From Tubulanus polymorphus (taxonomy: Eukaryota; Animalia; Nemertea), in the NCBI RefSeq assembly GCF_964204645.1, contig NC_134027.1, positions 372,001 to 436,000 of the forward strand: a DNA stretch of 64,000 bases, read 5' to 3'. Below the pieces are notes generated by a model. That model was not told where the DNA came from. It was given only the letters and a program-made list of their open reading frames with translations, and did no database searches. A program made the translations under genes and the position numbers. The stretch's first letter is position 1, and each line of letters opens with the position of its first letter. Of this stretch, positions 44,801-57,399 are shown piece after piece.

Positions 44801-47800
44801 ATCTATAAATCGGCCGTCACGGTGATTTCGTCGCCCGCCGACATTAAACATGTTCGATATTTACGCCGGTGCTCGGGTCACTTGTTAATTCGCTCGTCTT
44901 GTCGGCAAGCTTAAAAAGATTTAGAAAAAACTAGAAATTCTCATTCCTGAATGAACTGGATTCATCTGGGTTCAGTTTCATGAGACACAGTTCAAACTGC
45001 TCTTGAATTTGAGTTTGTAATTAATGTATGTGATTATAATGAATTGTATTTTTGTTTTACAGCTTTGGCATTTCGGTTAAGTCGTGCGTTCCGGCGGGAG
45101 GAGTTCGTCAGAATATTTCTACCGGAGTGTAAGTAGTTTAACTATTTTCATACAATATCATTTAGTGTGACGTGTGTTACTGATTCAGGCACGGATCCAG
45201 GAATGTTTCCAAGACGGGGTTCATAAAAATGCTGACTAAAATCTCTAATAATAGCCGGGGCCTATACGGCATATTTTTTGGCCAAACATAAGGCCTTTTT
45301 TTAATAGCATGGTTTGGTTGCTCCCAAAATTTGAAGAAACATAAAATAAAAAAGAATTAGAAAAAAAATTTTTTATTCCTGTCTGTGAAACAAATTCAGT
45401 GAAAAACCGAGCAAAAAAGATTTTTCACCTCGGCCGAATGAGAATCCTGGATTGAACGATGAAACAATTGAAAAACGCGAGGTTCTTTTTTGATCGCAGT
45501 GTGCAGAATTCAAACTTTCCAAACTTTTAGACACATGTATATTGCCCTATTGACAGTTCCCTCTTCCTTCTAAAAGTGATTTTATCTCACTGAGGGAATT
45601 TTAAAAAAATTTTCTCTGAAATGATATGGTAGCGTTTTTTTTTTGCTTTAAAAATTTTTTGGTAGCCGATCAGCGGGGTCACGACCCCTGAAACCCTCCC
45701 TGGATCCGCGCCTATGATATCTCCTCAAAATCTAATAAAAACTTTCAATGAATTAATGCTGTAATGACGATATGTAGCCATCTGTCTATTTGAATGCATT
45801 TGCAAAAAGACAAAAAGAAATAGTAGCAGAATTTTGGCTAAAAGTTTAGAATACCCAAATTCAACATTGCTTGCAGCAGACGGAATTTCCGCCATTTTGG
45901 TTAACAGGGGATTCCCCCCTCCGGTACTTCCCATGATCAATAGTGTCTATGACGCGTTGCGTACGGAATGCCATGGAATTCCCTCACATGATTTATGATA
46001 ATAATGTTTACTTGCATTCTGATTGGTTAAAATCGCGTGTAGTTTGAACGTAGGCAATGTTTACATTTGTAACGTCACCGGCGAGTCGCTGACATTAACG
46101 TAGTCATTGAGTTAACATTATCTTGCACTGAATGGTGATATCAATCGCATTCATTTTATAAATATTTTGAATATGAATTTGTTTTTATATATCAACTGCG
46201 AGTAACAGTGTTACGCTATTGAGTCTTAAGAGACAGCCTTTATGGACCTTATTGGTTGTTATAACTCACAAGCTGACTGAGTTAGCATTCTGGATCCGTC
46301 AGATTAGTTACTTCTAGAAAATATGTTAGTCACATTTTCTGACTATATTCTGGAAAACAGTGGAAGCTTGTATCCACCCTAGATTAGAACCAATCAGAAT
46401 AGAACCAATCAGAATACACTATTTTACAGAAAATGTATTTATGACAATTGCGTAAGGTTTTAGTAAAATAGTGTTTTTTCTCGAGTAGTTGCCGAAGAAG
46501 CATAAAAATTTGATTCAATTTCATTCAGATTTAAACAAACAAATCGAATTTCATTTCATTCAGCGCAAACTTCAAATCTAATTAAAATTTTGTTCAGTAT
46601 GAATAAGTTGCAAATCATTGAGAGGAAAAAATAATTAATTGTGTTACTTAAAAAAATCACAATTGTACTGTGTTTATCAAAACAGGAGACCACAGGACCT
46701 TTGGTCCTCTAGTATTCTTTTCCTAGTTATTCCAAAAACACTAAAACAGTCCAATCAGCGATCGCTGCCAGACCAACACGATTACATTGAAATCAAACTT
46801 AAGTAACATCAGGCGCCCCCTGTTGGAATAATATTCATAGCCGTAGCATCGAAACCATTCGACTTGTTGTTTAATGTATTTCTCTCTATTTTTATTTTAC
46901 AGTGGTGAACATTTTAGAAGAATGTCCGTTTGGGGACTTGGTGGGGGAATTCAAAAGAAACTTGGTTCCCGTTAGGATACCACCACCGGTTAATCCTATG
47001 TCGCCCGCTGCTGCCCCTCCCCCACGTCCATTAAATTCGCCTCAGCAGCGGCCTGTCAGACAGCCGCCCCCGGCCGCCACTCGTTCGTCAGACAGAGTCC
47101 GGGGACGGCTGTTTGAAGGAGATCTGACGGAGGTAAGAATCTTTATTTGTTTTCATATTTTATTCAGGATATCAGTTGAAGTTCAGCAAATAAATTACCA
47201 GACCTGTAAACAGAAGAGTAGTTATAAATTTCCATTTGCGGGTAAAACCCCATAGTCGAAAACCTTCAGTTATTGATCTATATCTGCTTAAGACCAATGG
47301 TTGTACACACGAGTGCGAAAACTTATCGCTCAAACTTTGATTGTATCCATGGTAACGCGTACAGTATACTATGCGTGACTTACCGTTTCCTATCACTGGA
47401 ATACAATACTGTTTTTGACCATGAGCGCCATCTGCGGCGGTCATAACGGACTGAGTGGTGATTGGCTGAAATGCTCGTCTACCGTGGTGACGATTATTCG
47501 GTGTTACACGTGCAGCAGACACGTCTCTGAATATCTAACATTTGATTGTTGTAACTCATCGGGAAAAATGTGTTTATGAGTCGATTGAGAAAATTGGCTG
47601 CGTACGTCAAGAAGGCGGCTGATATTTGTATCGTGTGACCCCTCGTCCCGGTAATATGCCGACCCATGTACACCTGAGACCAGTTGCATAGTCAGAGCTT
47701 AGAATTAAGACCGTTCTAAGACCAACTTAGTTCTATAGCCAATCTAATAACTTAAGACCAGTCTTTAGATTTAAGACCACTTTTGGACTTAAGTCTTGAC

Positions 47801-48632
47801 CATGGAATCGGCCCCAGATGCTTATTCCGCTGTATTGGATGCTGACGTGCTCGTGTCTTCCAGCAATGTTGTTATTCACCAAAAATATCATGTTTTGTTC
47901 GAATAACACGATTCATCTGAGTCTGGGTTTAACGGATGACACGTTCAAACAGAACTACAAAATCAATATCAGAAATCCTTTTATATTGAAACGGTCCCAG
48001 AAGTCCCTGTTATAATGGGTACTTTTTCAAAAAAAGTAACGAGAACTCCGATGGCTTTCCGTTTTCACCGAACTATTTCTATGAGCGTCACTCGTAGATT
48101 TACCGAAACGCCACCTTGTGGCACGATATCCTAACTACGTATAGGTGTTTTATTTGCTGAATCGCTGGTTTCTCATTCTGATTTTTTATGTAGTGTTTAA
48201 TTTTATACTAAACAAATTTTTCACTTTTTCTCTTTACAGACACGACCACCGCCTAAAAAAACTAGAACAAAAAGGAAAAGAAAAGTTGCGGTCGTCGTGG
48301 CTCCGCAGGGAGGAGGAGCAAGAGTGGTCCCGGCGGATGGTGCGGCTGACGAAGGTAATCGGGAGGAAGGGGAGGGGATAAATAGGAAGCGGCCGAGGAG
48401 GGATGGTGGTGGGGCTGGGGATGGTGCGGGTCCTGCTCCTCCTGCTCCTCCATCCGTATCTCGGGCGGTCACTCGTTCACTCGCCAAAAAGCTGGCGAGT
48501 GAACGAGTGGCCCGAGAGGTAGAGGTGGTGGCCCGACATACGGATGGAATGTGGGAGGAGCGGCTTCGTTCGGGGACAATTCCGGATTTGTTAACCGATC
48601 TAAAAAATATTCTTTCAGTGAAGGGATATTAG
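32894..48632 (+). CDS. Spliced orphan gene, ~340-aa low-complexity, probably nuclear protein (9 coding exons)
   Basis: Phase-consistent GT-AG exons with strong sites: 32894-32956 MPKAIKKTRG.., 34119-34205 polyQ, 34766-34813, 35190-35216, 37132-37170, 37381-37450, 45063-45128, 46903-47132, 48240-48632; sum 1,023 nt with no internal stop; nearly all donors gtaag(t/a); no family recognised. Confidence 0.72.
33019..33130. mobile_element. Palindromic MITE
   Basis: ctgggtccagtttcacaaa / tttgtgaaactgggccc ends with internal taaatcgatttaa palindromes. Confidence 0.7.
35263..35534 (+). mobile_element. Non-autonomous Helentron/DINE-like insert
   Basis: Starts in a T-run, internal aagatggcgg, ends in hairpin agagca..tgctct followed by agtt. 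Confidence 0.4.
36069..36377. mobile_element. MITE with nested inverted repeats carrying CTCF-like motifs
   Basis: ggatacccgca..tccaccagatggcgc vs gcgacacctggtgga..tgtgggtatcc. Confidence 0.55.
38360..39900. repeat. 40-bp GC-rich minisatellite, ~38 copies
   Basis: ccagtccggtccggtccaggcatcactggg(t/a)actg(a/t)acat. Confidence 0.97.
40075..40757. repeat. 35-bp minisatellite, ~19 copies
   Basis: gggaccgtttaggaagttcatgtctttcacgtcga. Confidence 0.97.
41008..41620 (+). mobile_element. Non-autonomous Helentron/DINE-like element with ~160-bp internal repeats
   Basis: 5' palindrome tttttacccct..aggggtaaaaa; three aggtcatc(c/a)aagatggcc units (41091, 41251, 41416); 3' hairpin cttgac..gtcaag then ctagtt. 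Confidence 0.6.
42210..43100 (+). pseudogene. Decayed DIRS-type retrotransposon reverse transcriptase
   Basis: Frameshifted motifs in order: LAKKRAIEPV..SGWFS, DLKDAYFQVPVHP, QFRSLPIGLSTA, VYLDDWL (42921-42941), VN*VKSHLMPSQQF. Confidence 0.8.
42739..42906. mobile_element. MITE inserted inside the DIRS RT
   Basis: ccagggctgggtttcataga / tctatgaaaccgggtcctgg inverted ends between the LPxG and YLDD motifs. Confidence 0.7.
43425..43515 (+). mobile_element. Penelope-like pseudo-LTR remnant with a degenerate hammerhead core
   Basis: cctgatgaag..(stem)..caaagcttgtg..aaataaa..gtcctataaagtactac follows the CTGATGA..GAAAGCTT..AATAAA..GTC layout of Penelope ends. Confidence 0.5.
43540..44606. repeat. 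63-bp minisatellite, ~17 copies
   Basis: acaattccagtaagtcaggtttagggaatagatatttaaaccttgagatgaaaccgatgtgat. Confidence 0.98.
45186..45713. mobile_element. MITE with 15-bp TIRs
   Basis: aggcacggatccagg / cctggatccgcgcct; a similar architecture occurs at 36763-36981. Confidence 0.7.
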
Positions 48633-49123
48633 GTGCCTTGAACGCATGAGTCGTTCATGCGCGCCTAATATGCCTTCACTGAAAAAAAATCAACTATAAC
48701 ATGTACCACATATTTTTTGATTTAATTTTAGTCCAATTCCACAATTATTTCGGCTTTCAATAGTGTCTTCAATTCTTTAAAGCCCAAAGCACCTTTTTGA
48801 CTCAACATCCAGTATGAAGGTGGTCGGGAATTGGGCCTGTTTTCTTCGATTTTTGTATCCCGCCCAGCATACTGGTTGTTGACTCGAAAAGGTGCTCGCT
48901 CTGGGAGCTTATCAAAGGCAGGTGATGGGAAAGGTGCCATCACACACTCTCCTTTGATAAGTTTCCTAGAGTGTCACGGGCTTTAACGGATTGAATTCAC
49001 TATAATACCAATTTTCCAAAATCAATTTAATTTCTTTCAGGCCATTCTTTTTCCATGTTTTTCTGGTACATGTTATGGTTGATTTCCATTTTCGAAAATC
49101 CGGAATTGAAGCCGTTCGAAGTC
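48562..49123. mobile_element. Nested-inverted-repeat element overlapping the orphan gene's stop codon
   Basis: caattccggattt (48576) / aaatccggaattg (49095); aatcaactataacatgtacca (48688) / tggtacatgttatggttgatt (49065); hairpin 48614-48683. Confidence 0.6.
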
Positions 49124-49284
49124 GGGGGGATGGTGGTGGGGTTGGGTTAGTTTAGGGTTCCTCTCTGATTACCTTCTTTAGCTCATCATCCGTGCAGGTG
49201 GCGCTTGCTCTTCTAGCCGGTGTTCCCTGGGGTAAACATTTTAAATTAAAAAAATAAAAAATTAAAAAAAAAATAATAAAATCT

Positions 49285-50110
49285 TTAAAAATCTCATCTC
49301 ATTTCATCCAATTTATTTATTTGCGGGTGCAATCCCTATCGCACCCATTCATGTCATTCATCCAAAAAAAATTAAAAACTAAAAACAAAAAAAAATATAA
49401 AAATTTGAAAAATCTCATCTCATTTCATCCAATTTATTTATTTGCGGGTGCGATCCCTATCGCACCCATTCATGTCATTCATCCAAAAAAAATTAAAAAC
49501 TAAAAACAAAAAAAAATATAAAAATTTGAAAAATCTCATCTCATTTCATCCAATTTATTTATTTGCGGGTGCGATCCCTATCGCACCCATTCATGTCATT
49601 CATCCAAAAAAAATTAAAAACTAAAAAAGAAAAAAAAATATAAAAATTTAAAAAATCTCATCTCATTTCATCCAATTTATTTATTTGCGGGTGCGATTCC
49701 TATCGCACCCATTCATGTCATTCATCCAAAAAAAATTTAAAAATTAAAAACAAAATAGAAAATTATAAAATCTTAAAAAATCTCATCTCATTTCATCCAA
49801 TTTATTTGCGGGTGCGATTCCTATCGCACCCATTCATGTCATTCATCCAAAAAAAATTAAAAACTAAAAAAGAAAAAAAAATATAAAAATTAAAAAAATC
49901 TCATCTCATTTCATCCAATTTATTTATTTGCGGGTGCGATTCCTATCGCACCCATTCATGTCATTCATCCAAAAAAAATTTAAAAATTAAAAACAAAATA
50001 GAAAATTATAAAATCTTAAAAAATCTCATCTCATTTCATCCAATTTATTTGCGGGTGCGATTCCTATCGCACCCATTCATGTCATTCATCCAAAAAAAAT
50101 TTAAAAACTA
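49285..50110. repeat. ~121-bp satellite, 7 copies, each with a GC hairpin and A-tracts
   Basis: gggtgcgat-(c/t)cct-atcgcaccc stem-loop in each unit. Confidence 0.95.
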
Positions 50111-50369
50111 GAAATTAAAGTTCTAAGTTTGTTGTTAGATTCTATTCAAAGAACGTTGTAAAGTTCTTAATTTGTCGTAAAAAACGTTTGAAAAAAAGAA
50201 CTTCTTAAAGTTCTCAATCTGCCGTAAAATGCAATTCAAAAGATTATAACTCACATGAAAATTAAAAAGATAAAATAATTGATAAATAATCATTAATAAA
50301 AATTGAACTTTGGTCTCGCAATGTTTCCCCGTTATGCATTTTTTACTCGTCGTCAAACATCGGCAGCTC

Positions 50370-51050
50370 ATCGTCGATACTCGCAGCTCGATACACACCA
50401 GCTTTTCGTCGTCGATACACACCAGCAGCTCGATACACGCCAGCAGCTCGATACTCACCAGCAGTTCGTCGTCGATACACACCAGCAGTTCGATACACAC
50501 CAGCAGTTCGTCGTCGATACACACCAGCAGTTCGTCGTCGATACACGCCAGCAGTTCGTCGTCGATACACACCAGCAGTTCGATACACGCCAGCAGCTCG
50601 ATACACACCAGCAGTTCGTCGTCGATACTCACCAGCAGTTCGTCGTCGATACACACCAGCAGTTCGTCGTCGATACACACCAGCAGTTCGATAATCACCA
50701 ACAGTTCGATACTCACCAACAGCTCGATACTCACCAACAGCTCGATACACGCCAGCAGTTCGTCGTCGATACACACCAGCAGTTCGATACACACCAGCAG
50801 CTTGTCGATACTCACCAGCAGCTCGTTGTCGATACACACCAGCAGTTCGATACACACCAGCAGCTCGATACACACCAGCAGCTCGTCGACACTCACCAGC
50901 AGCTCGATACTCACCAGCAGCTCGTCGTCGATACACACCAGCAGTTCGATACACACCAGCAGCTCGTCGATACTCACCAGCAGCTCGATACTCACCAGCA
51001 GCTCATCGTCGATACACACCAGCAGCTCGATACACACCAGCAGCTTGATA
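50370..51050. repeat. 18/21/24-bp composite repeat tcgatac(a/t)caccagcag(c/t)(tcg)n
   Basis: Unit lengths are all multiples of 3, so several frames stay open. Confidence 0.92.
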
Positions 51051-52028
51051 CCAAAACAGCTTTTAGCTGGTGAAAACCTACCCCCCCATCGGGGTTAAAC
51101 ATGATCAAGCTATTATTCTAGGAATATAACTGTTGCAAGGGAAGTTAAGATTCATTAACCTAAACTTGATACAAAGAGATTATTGCTAATTATGAATTTC
51201 AAGGGTTTAAAAACTGATTTAAAAATCTTGAAAGACGCTCGATCTCACTAGAGATTTTCATCTTAAAGATTTATTGTCCTCTTACTATTGTTTAGGTGAT
51301 CTATAATTTGGTAAATGCTGCTGTTGGAAAGATGCCAGAAGAAAGTTGATTCATGCACATCTTCACTTCACGTATTTATTGCACAAGGCGCCGACTTGCA
51401 CCTGCACTACACCATTCACACTTCATCACTTCTGCATCTTTATCAATTAATTCTGGCATCTATTTGAAAATTACTTTAAACATCAGATCTCAAACTGAAA
51501 CATTGAGGTATTGAATTTCAAACTGAAATATCGAGCTATCGAATCTCGATCTCAAATGTTTACTGGAAGCCATATTTGATGTTGTATTATTCATCATAGA
51601 TTGTTTAGTGTTTTCTGGCATATGCGGGCCATTTAAGATGGTCAGATAAATTCCCCGGTGGAAAATATATCTCGTGGAAGAGTCATGGAAATGAAAAATA
51701 TCTTATGTAGATGTGAAGTTAGGAACCTTGCAACAGTTATTCCACCTGAGGATAATTTGATATAAGATGAATCAGTTATTGGATCATTTAACTGAAGCCA
51801 AATATAGTGAAAAATCTTAGTACAAATTTGTCTCAAACTACAATTGAAAGGACTTATCACAGTTCTAATTCGACTCTAGGTGCGTTCAGAAGAACTTCTT
51901 AACAGTGAAAAAACTTGACTAAAAATCAGGAATCGACCCTGTTCATTGATAAGATTTGATCTTTATTTGAAGATTAAGAATCAAACTCGCTAATTCACAA
52001 TTTTTGGTAGTAAATACTGTTGATCCAT

Positions 52029-52153
52029 CATATTCGCAGCCCCCGTGGGCTTACCAATCCATCATACGTGCAGCCCCCTTGGGCTTACCAGTCTATCATA
52101 CTCGCAGCCCCAGTGGGCTTACCAGTCCATCATACGTGCAGCCCCCTTGGGCT
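52029..52153. repeat. 34-bp repeat, ~4 copies
   Basis: catacgtgcagcccccttgggcttaccagtccat. Confidence 0.88.
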
Positions 52154-52879
52154 GAATTTGAATATTTGATACGCGACGCGCGTGATTGAAGCTTTGTTTA
52201 TGTTCGTGCTTGCCGCGATGAATTGTCATAAATATATCCTCCGTACTGGAGGACCATGAAAAGGTTTGAAGGGATCCCTAGTTAGCGCTTGTCCAGGTTT
52301 GGCTCTGGACCCGCTTGTTCGACTAGGCATCTTGTTGGAAATTTTGTCGACTGAAACTTTCGTAACTTTCGTTTTAGACCTCGCTTAGAAACCGCCTTGT
52401 TCTTCTGCCGTAGATGTTGACTGTGTCGTACCCACAGTAGTATCATTTGAGATCTTCAAAGTCTCATTGCTTGAAAGTAGCCATCTTAAATTCAAATAGT
52501 TTCGGACATTTGAGGTCCTCATCAACTCCGAGTCTTCATTCAACTGCAGTTACTGCCATTTGCCTGTGTCTGATGTAGAAGTGTCTGACTTGACATTTTG
52601 ATTTTCAGAATTAAAACCTTTTTTCTATTAAAGAAATTACATATTGGTTAAAAAAAACGAGTGAATAATTGTTTGTAAGAAAAAAGAAAATCTTGTTAGA
52701 AAAAAATATAGATGTAAAAAAATATTGATGTAAGAAAAAAAAGTATATTGTAAATCGACGAGACAACAGAACCAGCATCAGCAACAACAACATCAGAGGA
52801 AGCAGTAACCAGTTATTTATCAGCTCCATAAATTACTGAAACGAAATCCACAACTTGGAAACCAGACACGCTCAACTCT

Positions 52880-53995
52880 AGAATTGTTTATACAACTGTC
52901 AACATGGAGTTCATCTCACAAGCAAATTAGGTAATTATCTTATGATTTTGTATGAAATGCTAATTTTACATTTTTGCATTTAAGTTTAAATGATTTTAAA
53001 ATCACGTTTCATTTGTTGTTTATTTTGTCTTTTCAGTTTTCAATTTGCCGAGATCAGTCGTCAGAAAACTGTTACAATGGAAACTAAGATAACAAAAACT
53101 TGATTCGGCAAAGATTGAAGAAATCTTGCGAAGAGATTGTTCATAGAACTGTCAACATGGAGTTCATCTCACAAGCAAATTAGGTAATTATCTTATGAAA
53201 TTGGATGAATTGCCAATTTTACATTTTTGCATTTCAAGTAGGTGTAATTGAATGTTTGTCAACCTAACTCTTATAAAACTGTGTTAACCGTTGAACAGGA
53301 TTCTAGAACTGTGCAGAAAACCCGTTATCGCTGCTTTGCAGCTATATTTATCTTATGATTTTGTATGAAATGCTAATTTTTGCATTTACATTTAAATGAG
53401 TTTAAAATCATGTTTCATTTGTTGTTTATTTTGTCTTTTCAGTTTTCAATTTGCCGAGATCAGTCGTCAGAAAACTGTTACAACGGAAACTAATGTATCA
53501 AAGACTTGATTTGGCAAAGATTGAAAAAATCCTGCGAAAAGATTATTCATGAATTGTTCATACAACTGTCAACATGGAGTTCATCTCACAAGCAAATTAG
53601 GTAATTATCTCATGATTTTGTATGAAATGCTAATTTTTACATTTTTACATTTAAGTTTAAATGAGTTTAAAATCACGTTTCATTTGTTGTTTATTTTGTC
53701 TTTTCAGTTTTCAATTTGCCGAGATCAGTCGTCAGAAAACTGTTACAACAGAAACTAAGATATCAAAGACTCGATTAGGCAAAGATTGAAGAAATCTTGC
53801 GAAAAGATTATTCATGAATTGTTCATACAACTGTCAACATGGAGTTCATCTCACAAGCAAATTAGGTAATTATCTTATGATTTTGTATGAAATGCTAAAT
53901 TTTACTCGTTATTTTTTTACTAATAAGTTGACTTTGAAATCTTTATTTATTTCTTGTTTATCTTGTCTTTTCAGTTTTGAATTTGCCAAGATTCA
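52880..53995 (+). repeat. Tandemly duplicated exon-intron units, ~4 copies, non-coding
   Basis: Repeated ttgtcttttcag| acceptors and agcaaattag|gtaatt donors; stops in all exon frames checked. Confidence 0.75.
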
Positions 53996-54084
53996 CATGT
54001 AGCAGATATAATGGAATTAAGTATTGAGAACCGCAACTTAACAATAAACCGGATCAACTTAATATAGTGCTGAGGACCAAAAAT

Positions 54085-54760
54085 AAACAATAAACCCGAC
54101 CAGTGTAATTCAGTGTCGAGAACCGCAATTAAACGATGAACCCGACCAGTGTAATTCAGTGTCGAGACCAACAATTAAACGATAAACCCGACCAGTGTAA
54201 TTCAGTGTCGAGAACCACAATTAAACGATGAACCTGACCAGTGTAATTCAGTGACGAGAACTGCAATTAAATGATGAACCGGACCAGTATAATTCAGTGT
54301 TGAGACCAACAATTAAACGATAAACCCGACCAGTGTAATTCAGTGTCGAGGACCACAATTAAACGATGAACCAGACCAGTGTAATTCAGTGTCGAGAACC
54401 GCAATTAAAGGATGAACCGGACCAGTGTAATTCAGTGTCGAGACCAACAATTAAACGATAAACCCGACCAGTGTAATTCAGTGTCGAGGACCACAATTAA
54501 ACGATGAACCGGACCAGTGTAATTCAGTGCCGAGAACCACAATTAAATGATGAACCGGACCAGTGTAATTCAGTGTCGAGGACCTCAATTAAACGATGAA
54601 CCCGACCAGTGTAATTCAGTGTCGAGAACTGCGATTAAACGATGAACCGGACCAATGTAATTCAGTGTCCAGAGCCGCAGTTAAACAATGAACCGGACCA
54701 GTGTAATTCAGTGTCGAGAGCCGCGATTAAACGATGAACCGGACCAGTGTAATTCAGTTT
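54085..54760. repeat. 46-bp minisatellite, ~15 copies
   Basis: aattaaacgatgaacccgaccagtgtaattcagtgtcgagaaccgc. Confidence 0.96.
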
Positions 54761-54954
54761 CGCAATAACCGCAATAAAACGATTATCTGAAGTTGTAATA
54801 GTGTTGTGTATTTGCGTAGTGGATCAAGTGGAAGGATTTTAAGTGTATTTGGTGACTTTAATTCGTTCGCATCCAACAGAATCAACAAAGACATTACAAA
54901 AAACGACAAAAAATGATTGAATGTAAATGCATTGAATTTAGGTTTGATGATCAA

Positions 54955-55930
54955 GATAATCACTGATCAAGATTGACAGTTATAATCCATAATTGTTGAA
55001 CTTGATCAGAGATTTTCAAGATCGATTTTAAGGTGATTCAGAAGTTTAAATCTGATGTTTTAATCTCTGGGACTCAGATATTAAATCAATAGATTTTTAC
55101 TGCTGAATGATCTTCATGTACAGATGAGCTACAATTGTTCCTAGTGTGTTCTGTTAAGACTGATTAAAGGGTGGAAAAACTTGACTCAAATTCAAATTGA
55201 GTCAAGTTTTTCTAAGATAATCTCTGATCAAGATCGGCAGTTACCGGTATAATCCATAATTGTTGAACTTGATTGGTGATTTTCAAGATCTGTTTTAAGG
55301 TGATTCACAAGTTTAAATCTGATGTTTGAATCTCTGGGTTCCAGATATTAAATCAATAGATTTTTACTGCTAAATGACCTTCGTGTTCAGATAAGCTACA
55401 ATTGTTCCTAGTGTGTTCTGTTAAGAAAGGGTGGAAAAACTTGACCCAAATTCAAATTGAGTCGAGTTTTTCCAAGATAATCTCTGATCAAGATCGGCAG
55501 TTATAATCCATAATTGTTGAACTTGATTGGAGATTTTCGAGAACTGTTTTTAAGGTGATTCAGAAGTGTGAATCTGATGTTTTAATCTCTGGGTTTCAGA
55601 GATTAAATAAATAGGTTTTTACTTCTGAATCACTTCGGGTTTAGGTAAGTTAAAGTGGTTCCTATTGTAATCTGTTAAACTGATTAAAGGGTGGAAAAAC
55701 TTGATTCAAATTAATAATCTGAATCAAGTTTTCCAATGATAATCCGCGATCAAGTTCAGCAGTTATAATTCATAACTGTTGAACTCAATTCACAATTAAA
55801 TGAACTGTTTTAAGGTGATTCAGAAGTATAAATCTGATGTTTTAATCTTTGGGTTTCAGAGATTAAATCAATAGGCTTTACTTCTGGATCACTGTTGGGT
55901 TTTGATAAGTTGTAAGTTGTTCCTATTGTT
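54955..55930. repeat. ~260-bp satellite, ~4 copies, with an internal palindrome
   Basis: Unit starts gataatc at 54955, 55217, 55476, 55738; gaaaaacttgactcaa..ttgagtcaagtttttc. Confidence 0.9.
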
Positions 55931-57399
55931 TAAATGAATTGGTAGAAATTCTATTTTTAGGTGACAGGTCAAATAGATTAGAGCAATAATTTATGCAGAG
56001 GTTGAATTAATTTAATGTTTAATATACCAAAGAATGGTTTATTGTGAAGATTTAATTAAAATCTTAAATAAAGAGTTGTTCAATTTCATAAATGTTTTGT
56101 TTTCGATGAAGTTTTTTCATTTTCTGGATTTGAGGAATTTGACTTTAAACACATCAGTGGATTCAGCACAGTTCTGTGGACACAGTTTTGGGACCGAGAC
56201 CTGGAGACACAGCTCAAGACCCAGTTACAAGTTCAACTGGACTCCATCCCAAAAAACCCTGGGCCCTTCAAACCTTTAAGTAAGATGCTCACTTACAGAT
56301 TCATAAAATTGACCCTTATTATCTTGTCATCTGCAGCACCATCGAAGAGGCTTAAACCAAGAATTTCTTGTAATGTTCAACAAATGTGAATTACATTAAG
56401 TAATTTTTGAGATCGACTTACACCTGAGTTTTTTCTAAATCACAGTCTACTTATTTCATAGTCATCCACGATTTCATAGCTCTTTAACTATTCAACCCTT
56501 TCCCTGATGGGCCCTGGCCCCAATTGCTGAACCCAGTTCTTCAAGTCTAACTTCTGGGTTTAGTGGTTTATCAGGAAATTAATGGATTAATTAGAAATAT
56601 ATCTAACAGTCATAATAAAGTTTAAAATTAATCATTTGACATATCGTAATTGATTTTGTTCGCCACAACGCCTTTCTCAGCAGGATTATAGCATTTTACT
56701 TTCTATGGGTTTTTTAAAGGTAAGTTTTCAAAGGACAGAATGTCCGAATATACGTCCGGATCCGCCTTTATATGCCTCATTCCGATTCTGCTCATTTGCA
56801 TATATTTTCAGCAAGTGGAAATCCCCGAATTCCAAGATGGCGGCGACCATGATATATCAAAAAACAACTATTTTGGGCCAAATCAACGCTTTCTCAAGCC
56901 CAATATGAGTTTTCCCGAGTGAAAATGTAACTTAAAGAGAAAATAATCCTGTTGGTTAGTTATATTTTTGATAATTGAATTTATTTGCAAAGTTAAAGTG
57001 AAGTTCCAATGACAGATAGAAACTTTGAAAGACTGGGGTAGATTGAAACATGCCCTAGCCACTGGCCACTATCATATGAACAGTCCTAAACGTTTTGATC
57101 CAACTGCACCAGTTGAGGTCACCGAATCAAATCTTCTCTATTTCAGGCATTACTTCTGGCATAAAACACTATTCAAGCAATGTAGGAGCATTTATAGGCG
57201 CAGCAGGAAGGAGGAGTTCAGGAGCAGCATCATATAGGAGTTGCACAGGAGCAGCATCATAGGAGTAGTGCAGGAGCAGTGAGAGCTTCATAGGAGCAGC
57301 AAGACCAGCATCATAGATAGGAACAGTAGCTGAAGGAATGAAACAAGATAAGTAGCATTTGAAATATAGAAAATAGAAAAGCTGTAGAATGTTTTCTAT

